NCBI GenBank assembly: GCA_963833985.1
Contig: CAWIAD010000002.1
Span: 2,016,001-2,080,000 of the forward strand
Source of the DNA: an uncultured Planctomycetaceae bacterium
GTDB taxonomy: Bacteria > Planctomycetota > Planctomycetia > Isosphaerales > Isosphaeraceae
Direction: 5' to 3'
DNA: 64,000 bases
Position 1 is the stretch's first letter, and each line of letters begins with the position of its first letter. Shown here in pieces: positions 53,712 through 63,558 of this stretch. A program made the position numbers and the translations under genes. The notes under the pieces are model-generated. The model saw only the letters and a program-made list of their open reading frames with translations, made no database searches and was not told the origin of the DNA.

Positions 53712-54473
53712 ATGGCAAAACCTATTCACGAGCGGTCTCGCTACTACGACCTGGGTGACGATTTCGAACTGGCTTTGAGACGTGCTAAGCATGACGACTC
53801 CATTACCTTGCACTTACATAAGGACCTCATGTCTCAAATAGGCGTCGCTTTCGGCGATCGCGTGAACCTCTTTAGTGATGCCGGTGTTTTCCCCGATTCA
53901 ATTGCAATCGGCAAGGTGGATTACGGAGGTTCCAAGTATCGTCGCACTGCCCCGACTCGAGGTTCGGCACAGTTTCCACTGCCCAGAGAAAAGGTCAAGC
54001 AGTTCTTCCCCGACGATCAACGGCTCTATGTCCCCTTGAGACACGAGGTCGAGGATAGCCGACTGCTTTGGTTCTCACTTCCTCCCGGCAAGACCGCGAT
54101 AGAACTGGAGGACAACACCGCGTCCTCATCTCCGACACCAAGCACTAGCATCACTTCGGGCCAGGCTGCTCAAAACGAGATGGACTCGGAGGATGGTCTC
54201 CCCAGCGATCAGTCAGATTTGGAGGGCTCGGTAGATCGAACAGAACAGGAGAGCACTTGCACTACGGAGTGGGAGGAGTTTGAGGACGAAGCGGTCGCCC
54301 TCGACTGGGATGATTCTGAGATTGAAACCAACCCATTCTCATCATTCGACTCAGCTGACGCGGATACGACCGACGCTCAGCTCACGGCAAAGAGCGTCAT
54401 CGATGACACTTCGCTCGCTTCCACAACATCACAGGAAGATAACCAGCAATGTACGTTCGTGACGGGTCGGTAA
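53712..54473 (+). CDS. Hypothetical protein with strongly acidic, Ser/Thr-rich C-terminal half
   Basis: AAGGA RBS; globular N-terminus with LMSQIGVAFGDRVNL (AbrB/MazE-like beta-hairpin pattern); D/E-rich tail. Confidence 0.65.
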   Translation: MAKPIHERSRYYDLGDDFELALRRAKHDDSITLHLHKDLMSQIGVAFGDRVNLFSDAGVFPDSIAIGKVDYGGSKYRRTAPTRGSAQFPLPREKVKQFFPDDQRLYVPLRHEVEDSRLLWFSLPPGKTAIELEDNTASSSPTPSTSITSGQAAQNEMDSEDGLPSDQSDLEGSVDRTEQESTCTTEWEEFEDEAVALDWDDSEIETNPFSSFDSADADTTDAQLTAKSVIDDTSLASTTSQEDNQQCTFVTGR

Positions 54474-54671
54474 GGATACTGCTGATCTAGTTCGAACAGC
54501 GGTCGCCTAATCTCACGCACGCTATTCAATGCCTCGGTTCTGTGGGTCCCTCCCCCAGGTGAAATGCACAGATTCCGTCCAGATCCCTGGCCTTGAAGGG
54601 AACGGCGTGGGCTCTGAGGCAGCGGGGATCAAGGACATGGTTTGCTTTGACAAGCAACAAGGAAATCCACG

Positions 54672-55451
54672 ATGAAAAGGAACTTGAAGTTTCTTCTCGG
54701 CCTCGAGTGATCTCCGGAAGACCTAGTCCTCACCCTAATCACGCGAAAAGATCACTCAGCTCTTGGTTCCCTTGGTTTTCGGGAGGATCCCGTGAGAGAC
54801 GATTCAACTTACCATTCACAGATCGAGCTCACGCCAATTGCGATCTGCTTGACGCTTCCTCATGGAGGGCCTGGTGTTGTCCGACTCGCGGCTAGCAACC
54901 CCTTCCGAGAGGTAGAGGACGATCGCCTCGAAGTTCAGGTCGTCAGTCCCAGTGATTGTTGGCTCGTACGTACTCGTCAATCATCTTGGCTCCTGCGGAT
55001 GTTGGACGTCGAGAAGGGGGTTTTCGAGGTAGAGCTAACGATTGAGTTGGTAAACCATCTCATCAAACTCGGTAATCCTGGATACGAACGTCTCTATCCA
55101 TTTCCCAGGTTACGAAGTACGGGACGCCCGAAAATGGGTCAGTGCCGTGGCCTGTTGGCCTCTGCTCCATGGGGTCTCATGCTCATCGACCTGGAAGGCT
55201 CGCCACGGGATAAAACCTACGTGGATTGCGGGCAGGTTTTCAGTCCGTTATGGATCAAGCTAGCGTCTTGTCCCAGCTCGAGGTTTTGGGTAGCTCTGAT
55301 CTCCTCTGACAAGCTGGAGACCTTCAGAGTACCATTCCCTAAATTGATCAATACGACTCTGTCTCATGCAGTCCTGCAAGCGTCCCAGTCGGATGAAGGT
55401 GCTGACTACTTCCCAAGAATCGCTGACGAGTTGGATGAGTCTGCCCTGTGA
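54672..55451 (+). pseudogene. Hypothetical gene with early in-frame TGA
   Basis: AAGGA + ATG at 54672 is in frame with ORF 54792..55451 but interrupted by TGA at 54708-54710. Confidence 0.5.
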
Positions 55452-55519
55452 CGTTTTCGTCGAATTCCGGTCCGAATTCTGGTTTCGAGACTATTCATCT
55501 GACATCGGAGAATTAAGAA

Positions 55520-55795
55520 ATGCCGCGAACGTTCTGGACCCCGGAACGAGACCAACTTCTTCGAGACAAGTATCCGCTCATTGGACCAAAACTCACCGCG
55601 AGTCTCTTCGGAACATCTCGCCGGTCAATCATCAATCGGGCCCACCGACTGGGTGTGAGAGTACCGTATCCCAAGAATCGGGCCAGCCCCAGCTTTCCTC
55701 CCAAGTCCTGGTCATCGGCACAAAAACAATTGGCCACGGTCCTACTCGGTCTCTTTCAATCCGCCTCGATCACCCACTCGAACCGCTTGCTCTAG
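55520..55795 (+). CDS. GcrA-N/Myb-like HTH protein
   Basis: GGAG RBS; WTPERDQLL...ASLFGTSRRSIINRAHRLGV. Confidence 0.7.
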   Translation: MPRTFWTPERDQLLRDKYPLIGPKLTASLFGTSRRSIINRAHRLGVRVPYPKNRASPSFPPKSWSSAQKQLATVLLGLFQSASITHSNRLL

Positions 55796-56010
55796 CTCAA
55801 GTCCAGCCGAGGAGCACAGAACCGTTTGAGACCGCGTCCGTAGTTCTCGTCGCTCTAGGACGCGATATTCAGCCAAGGTCTGCCAAGGTCGGGGTCCTTA
55901 TGGTTGAGGTAGTTACTAGAACCTGAAAACCGAGCCTCCCAGGGAAACCCGTTTTATCCGGGGTAGCCAAAACGAAAACGAAAAGGTCCAAGGTTTCCGA
56001 GCGGCAATCC

Positions 56011-56201
56011 ATGCCCGAAACCCAGAAACCCCGAGATACGGAGAGACGGACGATTGCAGCCCTGAAGGGCGGTTCTGAGTTCCATGCCTGGTTTGGTCGC
56101 TTTCAGCAGAAGTTTCGATTGCCGGCCGCCACTCTCCTCGATGTCGCTTACGTGTGGAGCTTTGCAGAGCCCAAGGCTTCGATGAACCACCACCGGGGTG
56201 A
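56011..56201 (+). pseudogene. Frameshifted paralog (A2) of 52280..52468
   Basis: MPETQKP..LKGGSEFHAWFGRFQQKFRLPAATLLD; the shifted frame gives ELCRAQGFDEPPPG*. Confidence 0.7.
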
Positions 56202-56407
56202 TCCCATTTACCTTGGAGTTCTGGGCTCAGCCCTTTGGAGCAATACCAGATCCGACTCCAGACCAATCTCCCAGTCCAAGGCCGAGTATACCTGAGGGAA
56301 CTCGGCCAGGGTCCTACTCGAGCAACACGAGGCCATCACCTCGAGTGTTACGAAGATCTTACTTCCTGTGCCATCCACCCACCGAGAAGTTGAAAACGGA
56401 GAAAGCC

Positions 56408-57103
56408 ATGAGATCCAGGGATCCTGGTATATCCATCCGGTCAGCTGAACAGGGAGGTGTGCTTGTCCAGATGCAAGTGCCCCTGAAGTATGCCCGATGT
56501 ATTGGCATTGATGAACCTCCCATCCATTTGGTTCTTGTGACAACGAGAAAAGGGAAGGAACTCCGCCTGTCCAAGGAGGGTAGTAAGGGGGGCAGGCTCT
56601 TGGCAAGTACGGACAAGATACTCATCGTCGATGACTTCTTGAAGGTCACATTCCATCTCAACGGCCGACAATTCCGGAAAGTAAGACAACTTTGCCCTGA
56701 CTTCATCCCGAGAAGAATTGACTTGGACCATAAGGAGAGAACGCTTCTTCGATATGGCTTGGATGTCTTTGAGGTTGATTACGATGATAAGACGTACCAT
56801 GTGGTTATGATGCACGATCCAGAACTTATCATCGATGAAGATTCAGACGTAGCGGCAATCGTTACTCCGGTGACAAGTGATGGCAAATGGCAAGACGCCG
56901 CCAGCCCGCCAATGTACATCGATTGTACTGGACAACCAACTTGGACTGTGCCCCCGATTGAATACGTCACGGTGCGACCCAAGCAAATCAGATGCACGAC
57001 GCCATACGAATTATCGATCTTCGAAGTAGACCAGACTTCGTGGGATCGCGTTCTGCAGTGGCTGGACGAGAGGGGTGCTCGAGAGCAATCGGAAGGGAAT
57101 TGA
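56408..57103 (+). CDS. Hypothetical protein (paralog B1)
   Basis: GGAG RBS; aligns end to end with 58467..59153. Confidence 0.8.
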   Translation: MRSRDPGISIRSAEQGGVLVQMQVPLKYARCIGIDEPPIHLVLVTTRKGKELRLSKEGSKGGRLLASTDKILIVDDFLKVTFHLNGRQFRKVRQLCPDFIPRRIDLDHKERTLLRYGLDVFEVDYDDKTYHVVMMHDPELIIDEDSDVAAIVTPVTSDGKWQDAASPPMYIDCTGQPTWTVPPIEYVTVRPKQIRCTTPYELSIFEVDQTSWDRVLQWLDERGAREQSEGN

Positions 57104-57150
57104 AATACTGATGAATAAAACGATGCTTTTGTACCTTGCACGAGGAGAAC

Positions 57151-57833
57151 ATGGCCGAGTGAATCTCAATACTAGAAGGGGACACTTCTATCCCACGCGA
57201 AGGTAACTTGTCGTCTGTCGCAGAGGGCCCAGGCTGGTCTTTCGCGTGCTGGAGGACGACCTTCACTTGGGGTATTCGAGCGATTGATGAACTCGATCTG
57301 GAGTGGGACCCAGTAACCTATCAAACATTCCTGGTTAAGATGCCGGTCGGGTATGGAGAGGCAAAGCATGAAGAATGCTGTATCGGCAAGCCAGGTTACG
57401 GGTTTCTGTTTCAGGAATTTTCAATCAGACAACACGTTCAATCACAGGAGATTCCAGCCAAAATCGGCTGCTGATCAAGCCGTTCGGGCGACTTTTCTCT
57501 TTGCGAGCCCCTAAGAGCCATGAGTTTCCTCCTCCTATCAGCGTCGGTGAAGCCGTTTCTCATAACGTCGCTGATAGCGGCTAGGAACATAATGGGATGA
57601 TGTGCTGGTCCGAGAACGCCGGCAGGATCGACTACGTCCAGATCCCGGCAACATTGCTCCAGGACCCCATCCGTAACGGTTGCGAGTTCATAGAATGCGG
57701 CTTGAACCAATGGAACGAGGAACAGAAGGTCCGAATCGCCTCCCATCTTGAAAAAGAACTTCTCAGGCTCACAGATGAGTTCCAGCGAGATGCCTCAGCA
57801 CGCGGAAGTGATGTACTTCCGGTTGCCACTTGA
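57151..57833 (+). pseudogene. Degenerate hypothetical gene
   Basis: GAGGAG RBS + ATG GCC GAG TGA in frame with 57208..57474; pieces 57375..57584 and 57597..57833 share a frame across a TAG. Confidence 0.4.
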
Positions 57834-58466
57834 ATGTTGAAAAACCCGTCAATTATACGGCGGTTCTGATCATCTGAGGTAGAGAACTCTGCCCTCTCGG
57901 CCGGCCTAGCCTCAGCTCGAGAACCAAGAATTGGAACCTGGCCTCCTTCCTCCTTGTTGTCGCCCTGACAACCGTCATCCAATCACATCGACTTTATCAA
58001 CCCACTCTAGCCAGTCATCGGCCCCGGGAATCTCACGATTCCCCAAGGACCGCCTACGTCTCAAAAGCAGTACGCAACCTTCGAGGAGGATGCCCGCTCA
58101 GTCTGTCGCCGGGACCACTAGCATGACGTCGAGCATCGATCATCGACCGTCCAGCTACGATCGAGGAATGACAGGGAGCTGGTCCTCGTCGTGCCGCTGG
58201 ACTTTGTGGCCCGGCAGCGGCTTCTCGACCTACGGCGTGCCGAGGATCGGCAAGTCACGTCGGTAACGATGATATAGCAAAGAATTCCATTCATGTTTCG
58301 GGTATGAGAATTGACGAGAGCAAAGTGTTCTCGTGGGGAGAAATTGCCAAATTCGACCATCATTGCAGATTTGGCCAATTGCACAAACCACACTGATTAC
58401 GGTCCCGGCAGGCTTTCCGAGTGTTTTCTGGCGAATTCCTTTTCCTGCTCTCTTCGGAGATTACCC

Positions 58467-59153
58467 ATGGACTTCTTTGAAGGCGTGATTACTTACCAGC
58501 CACTCAACAAGGGCGGTATGCTAGTTCATTTTACCCTGCCCTTGACGACGGCTAGAGAACAAGGCTGGGATCAAGCTCCGGTCTATTTGACGCTCACGAC
58601 GGCATGCGAAAGCGGCATACGCTTGTCCAAGACTTCTGAGAGGAAGAGTCAAATTGCCGAGGTCGATAAACTGGCCGTGTTCGATGAGATGCTGAGGATT
58701 ACATTCCACTTGAATCATCGACAATTCCGGAAATTGAAATGCCGTACTCGTGGTCTCGTTCCAGACCATTTGGGTCTTACCAGAAATGGGATGGCAATTC
58801 GTCGGATGGGCCTTTACTTCTTCGTCGGTGAGATCCTGGATAGGGAGTGTTTCTTGGTAATTTTACATTACCCCGATTTCGTCATTGATCCAAGTGTGGA
58901 CACCTTAGATTTCTTTAACCCGGTGATAGTCAATGGCGTCTGGCAGAATGATCGTCAGAAGCCGCTGTATGTAGATCGCAACCTAATACCCACGGATTCA
59001 CGCCCGTCAATCGAGTACGTGCAACTGAAGCATAAGAAGATCAAGAGTAAGACAAACCAATTCGCTGTCTTTGAAACAACTGAGGCGTCGTGGGAACGCC
59101 TGAAGCGTTGGGGTGAGGAACGGTCCGCCCGTGAATCCTTAGAATCGAACTGA
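58467..59153 (+). CDS. Hypothetical protein (paralog B2)
   Basis: GGAG RBS; shares GGxLV, RLSK, TFHLNxRQFRK, IEYV, SWxR and ERxARE with B1. Confidence 0.8.
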   Translation: MDFFEGVITYQPLNKGGMLVHFTLPLTTAREQGWDQAPVYLTLTTACESGIRLSKTSERKSQIAEVDKLAVFDEMLRITFHLNHRQFRKLKCRTRGLVPDHLGLTRNGMAIRRMGLYFFVGEILDRECFLVILHYPDFVIDPSVDTLDFFNPVIVNGVWQNDRQKPLYVDRNLIPTDSRPSIEYVQLKHKKIKSKTNQFAVFETTEASWERLKRWGEERSARESLESN

Positions 59154-59654
59154 GCTGCTCCGGCTCTAAAGTGCTACTTGTGATCAAAGTCGAGTCCCTG
59201 CCGACCTGCAATTCAACTAATCCGAGGAAGGTCTCCATTCCAGTAATACAACACCATGCCACAGTTTTCTGTGGTTCTCCGTGGCAATGCCCAGGGCTTA
59301 AGATGCCTCAGTTCATGAATTGACGTCAGAAACGAGTTCTCGCACTCACAACTGAATAACAATCGATAATGGACTTGGGGACCACCCCCAGTGAACTCCT
59401 TCGACTAGTTCCACCACAACCACCGGAGCGATGAAACCGTTACCGTCTTCTGAAAGACTTGGAATTCGGGAAGTATCCGGAGGTCAACCAGTCAGCCTGA
59501 GCAGTGACAGAACTTCCGAAAGAACTGAAGCTGCAATGTGACATGAGATTTCAGAGCAATACGGTTCGAGGCGACGTGGATCTCGCTCAGTCTTAAAGGA
59601 TCGAGATTAAAGAAACAGCTAGTCAGGGAGGTAAGTCGGGAACTCTCTCTTCAG

Positions 59655-60266
59655 GTGGGTCTGAAGTATCCTGCCTCTCAACCGGGTAACGGGGTTTTGG
59701 ATAACTTATCCAAGCACCAAGCTTGTACCAGCATCGATCAGGTACTGGTAAATGCCGCACTCGCCAACCATCACATCCAACATTACCTGTCCGATCCTCC
59801 CCTAAACCGGATCTGGACGCTCGAAGCGATCGATCGGAATCCAAACGTCCTCGTCGAATTTGAGCACGTGACCGTCATTGGAGGGCCCGGGGAATTACTC
59901 GCAACAGCCAAGCACAAGAAATTCGGCCATTTTCTCGGCATCAAACCCCTTGGACTGGACGACCCAGTCCATCCCACTCGCATTCTCTTCATCTACGAGA
60001 TAACCAGCCCCTACAACCGACGCGTTGAGCAACGACGAGCTCTCAAACGGATGCTGGGCCGGCAGCATCGCTCGCTCGTTACCAAAGCCGCCAGGGCCAC
60101 CAACAGAGACTTCCTGAAGTTCGATCTCACTCCTGAAGGGGCCAAGGCAATCAATCGACGCCTCAAACTGGACCCCGGTCGTTTCTGGCGAGTGGCCAAA
60201 GGCAAGGAGTTCCTGGACCTACCAAAACCAGCCCTCCAACTCCTTCTGTTCGATCTCGATCAATGA
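59655..60266 (+). CDS. Hypothetical protein, basic C-terminal half ending in QLLLF
   Basis: 203-aa ORF with globular composition; start uncertain. Confidence 0.65.
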   Translation: MGLKYPASQPGNGVLDNLSKHQACTSIDQVLVNAALANHHIQHYLSDPPLNRIWTLEAIDRNPNVLVEFEHVTVIGGPGELLATAKHKKFGHFLGIKPLGLDDPVHPTRILFIYEITSPYNRRVEQRRALKRMLGRQHRSLVTKAARATNRDFLKFDLTPEGAKAINRRLKLDPGRFWRVAKGKEFLDLPKPALQLLLFDLDQ

Positions 60267-60562
60267 CCCGTTTGGCCCCGGCATGGAATCGGAAGGGGTC
60301 GTCCGGCTGGGCCACGGGGCTTATCGTCTGGGAGTCCAGTCCGACGAATGAATTCGGGGACCTCGATCTAAGTCTCATCAGTCGATCTTGATCTCGCTCC
60401 GCTAGGTCCGACCTGTGTCCCTGGGAGCCGTGAAGTCGGTGCGTCCAGTCCCATTTAAGTCAAAGGCTTGATTCGGACTCCATATCCTGGCAGCAGAAGA
60501 GAGCATTCGGCCCTCTGGCCCCCAGGTCAGCGTGGGTCATCATCTTGCACAGGACCAACTCG

Positions 60563-60898
60563 ATGAAGCCCAAACCCAAGAATGAAGCCAGGCATCGATT
60601 TCTCTATCGCGTCTGGTTGAAGGACTCGAAATGGGTGGTCCTCCGCCACCTTATCGTCAAACAGGGTCCCAAACGGATCGTCATCCGGCCTGATCCCTTC
60701 GATGAATTCAGCGAGGTAACTCGCCGTACGAAGCCCCTCGTTTACTTGGACCGTGACGAGTTTGAACGTAGTGGTTCGGCTTTCAGGATCCCCTTTGGTC
60801 GGCTCTACATCAGCAAAGAGGCGGCACGGTTCGAGGTGGAAATCCGGGCTCTCGAACACCTGGAAGCTCAAGAAGTCGATTCAGACAGTCGGAACTGA
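60563..60898 (+). CDS. Hypothetical basic protein
   Basis: AGGA RBS + ATG; same orientation as neighbours. Confidence 0.55.
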   Translation: MKPKPKNEARHRFLYRVWLKDSKWVVLRHLIVKQGPKRIVIRPDPFDEFSEVTRRTKPLVYLDRDEFERSGSAFRIPFGRLYISKEAARFEVEIRALEHLEAQEVDSDSRN

Positions 60899-61206
60899 TT
60901 CTCGCCCGGGCCGGGCTGAGTTTCCCACACCCGGCCCTCATCGATCCTGAAGGGGCCAATGCAATTCATCGACGTCTCAATCTGAACCCCGGTCGTTCGT
61001 TCGCCTCCGATTGCCACCGGAAAGCTCTTCTTATGTCCAGCTTTGGCGATCCATGAGTCAGTTTTGATGGTCAGGCAATCTGGTGATCTCCGATGCTCAG
61101 GTTCAACTTGTCATGAGATCGACGGCAGGTTGCCTAACCCCGGACCAGATCCGGATTTAAAGTTGCTCGCCTCGAAAACCAGCATCCAATAACAAGGAAT
61201 GGCATA

Positions 61207-61241
61207 AAATCGGATAGAATGGGACTTGAAATCGGATAGAA
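61207..61241. promoter_or_regulatory. Direct-repeat operator candidate
   Basis: AAATCGGATAGAA at 61207-61219 and 61229-61241 (22-bp period) in AT-rich DNA upstream of the HTH gene. Confidence 0.55.
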
Positions 61242-61306
61242 CAGGAATAGAATAACAGTGATGATTGAACTGAGCAACAATACCGGACACCTCAGCCAAG
61301 CAAACC

Positions 61307-62041
61307 ATGAAAGTGCTCCTGATCGAAGAAGTGGCGAACATCCTCCGTTGCTCCGAGCAGGACGTTGTGACCGAGATCGAATCGGGCAAACTCAAGGCCT
61401 TCCGAGTATCAGGGCAGCTGCGGGTGCTCGAAAGCGAACTCCAGTGTTTTGTGTCAGGGACCCCTCCGGTCCAAGCACTACAACCATCTGCCGAACACAC
61501 AGGAGCTAGCATGTCCTCCATCGTCACAGCCGATGCCGTGCTCGTGAAGGATCTGGCAATTCAGGTGGAATCGATGCCTGGTTTCACCTACGTCTGGCCC
61601 GACGGGGAGCCCAATGAATATAAGGACCCCTTGAGCATCACGGTCCAGCAAGGCGATAGGAAGGCCTACTTCATCATCGGGAAGGCGAGATCCCCCAAGA
61701 AGCAGCTCGGTCAGCTGCGGTGGCGTTACAACATCTTTCTGACCTCGACACCACGAAGTGCTCAGGGCCTGATCTCCGTGCTCGACTTTGTAGGCGGCAA
61801 CGAGTTCGATCAGGACCACCTGATGGCGAGCCTGATCCGCCACCGCGACGGGAGCTTGGTGAAGGAGTCCGACGCCATCCCGCCGGAGTACATCGGTTTC
61901 AGGCTCGTCCAGTTCAACAGGATCGTCCATGGCCCCTACGCCCGCAGTGGCCTGGCCGTCGTGGCCCAGAAGGACGACATCGAAACGATGATTCAGCACG
62001 CCGTGATCCGGGCAATTCAAAAGGGATGGCTCAAGTGGTAA
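61307..62041 (+). CDS. Excisionase-like (HTH_17) domain fused to an uncharacterised C-terminal domain
   Basis: LLIEEVANILRCS..V...IESGKLKAFRVSGQLRV.ESEL..F. Confidence 0.8.
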   Translation: MKVLLIEEVANILRCSEQDVVTEIESGKLKAFRVSGQLRVLESELQCFVSGTPPVQALQPSAEHTGASMSSIVTADAVLVKDLAIQVESMPGFTYVWPDGEPNEYKDPLSITVQQGDRKAYFIIGKARSPKKQLGQLRWRYNIFLTSTPRSAQGLISVLDFVGGNEFDQDHLMASLIRHRDGSLVKESDAIPPEYIGFRLVQFNRIVHGPYARSGLAVVAQKDDIETMIQHAVIRAIQKGWLKW

Positions 62042-62118
62042 GCCACTTCCAGGATCTGTCCGTGGCTCGACGCGTCTCTCACCTGGTCCTGTCCACCCTC
62101 TAACCCTGTGAGGCTCGT

Positions 62119-63162
62119 ATGCAGTACACACCAGAGGAATTCATCGACAGGTTCGCAGTTGCCGTAACGTCCTTGGAAAAACACTTCGCCGCTGCCCCGG
62201 ACCGACTCGGGGACGTAAACGTCGAGGCTGAATTGCGAGGTTGGCTAGATGGTAACGACAGGCCGCTACCCTGGGCCGGTTTCGGAGTTACGACCGACGA
62301 GTGGTTCTTCGTCACGACCCTCTATGGTCAAAGGACGCGGCCCCTTCAGAGGGCTTTGATCCGGCGGTATTTCCCGCTCTTCGTTCACGAGGCCGGACGA
62401 GACATCAGGAAGCTCAGTCCCGAACTCACTCGTGATTGGGTCCTGGACCACGACTGGATGAAGCCCCGCCTGTTCCGCATGGCTGCTATCCTCCGTGATC
62501 GGCAGTTGACGATGAAGGCGTACGTCAATCAATTGAGGGAGCTGGAGCAAGGAGCCACAGCGGAGGATCCCACTCCTGCCCTAGATGCCATCGTCAGGGA
62601 CCATCGGGCGTCTGGGTGGAAGACACTCAGTGTGTTCGTACGCGACTGCGTGGGAGGCAACTGCTTCCCAATCGACAGTCGAGTCGAGAAAGAACTTCTA
62701 ACTCGCAGATTGCCAATGGACGAGCGTCAGCTCGTGTCTCTGTCGCTTAGCGTGGGCAGGAACCCAAGGCAAGTCGCCAGGATGTTCTACGAGGCAGGGG
62801 GTGAAGGAGGAGATTTCTCGATGACGAACTTTCGACAATGGAGTTCTCCTGGTTCGCAAGGGAGCCACGTTGCTTTTCCGATGGAACAACCAAAATCGGC
62901 ACCTTTTCCATCAGAGAGGTCGATCATGATCCGCGAATTGACCAGCCTGAAGGGAGCAACATCGGGCTACATCTTGAATCTCTACGGAGGGCCGACGGGG
63001 AAGATCGGCAATGTTGTTCACCCATATGACTGCCCCCATCTGGGAATGATGAAGATACCCCCTCGAAAGATCTGGGGATCCTCCGTTGAAGAGCTGGAGG
63101 AATGGGTCAAAGCCCATGGGGGCCATCTGGATCCAACCACTCCGACATGCGGCAACGTGTGA
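62119..63162 (+). CDS. Hypothetical protein with HhH-GPD (endonuclease III-like) glycosylase motif and His/Cys C-terminal domain
   Basis: GWKTLSVFVRDCVGGNCFPIDSRV parallels the G.KTA......G.....D..V pattern, with catalytic Lys and Asp; C-terminal VHPYDCPHL...TCG. Confidence 0.55.
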   Translation: MQYTPEEFIDRFAVAVTSLEKHFAAAPDRLGDVNVEAELRGWLDGNDRPLPWAGFGVTTDEWFFVTTLYGQRTRPLQRALIRRYFPLFVHEAGRDIRKLSPELTRDWVLDHDWMKPRLFRMAAILRDRQLTMKAYVNQLRELEQGATAEDPTPALDAIVRDHRASGWKTLSVFVRDCVGGNCFPIDSRVEKELLTRRLPMDERQLVSLSLSVGRNPRQVARMFYEAGGEGGDFSMTNFRQWSSPGSQGSHVAFPMEQPKSAPFPSERSIMIRELTSLKGATSGYILNLYGGPTGKIGNVVHPYDCPHLGMMKIPPRKIWGSSVEELEEWVKAHGGHLDPTTPTCGNV

Positions 63163-63558
63163 AACCTCATGGGAAAGCTGGAGGGGCTGATTCATCAGGA
63201 GTCAGCCCCTTCTCCGTGCTCGACGCAATTTCAAGAGCTGCAATGGTCGGCCACGCCCCTAGTCGATGGGCCGCAGACGTCCGAAGGCCCCTGAAGACGA
63301 TAAAGTCGGTCAGAGAATAGGCTCAAGGCCTCGGCCAGCATGTTCGTGCAGTATCGCCTGTCCCATTCCCGCCTAGCTCTTCCTTGAACCGAGGTAGCCC
63401 TGGGCCTCTGACCCATCCACTTCGCACCGATTACATCTTCCAATCAAGAATCGGTCAGCGGAATCTCAATCCCCTCCAACGCGTTCGACCTCACCGCAGG
63501 GTAGTGGTCTCAGGGGCCAAACGCCCTCGATCACTCTCAACGCCGAGGAGTATCAATC

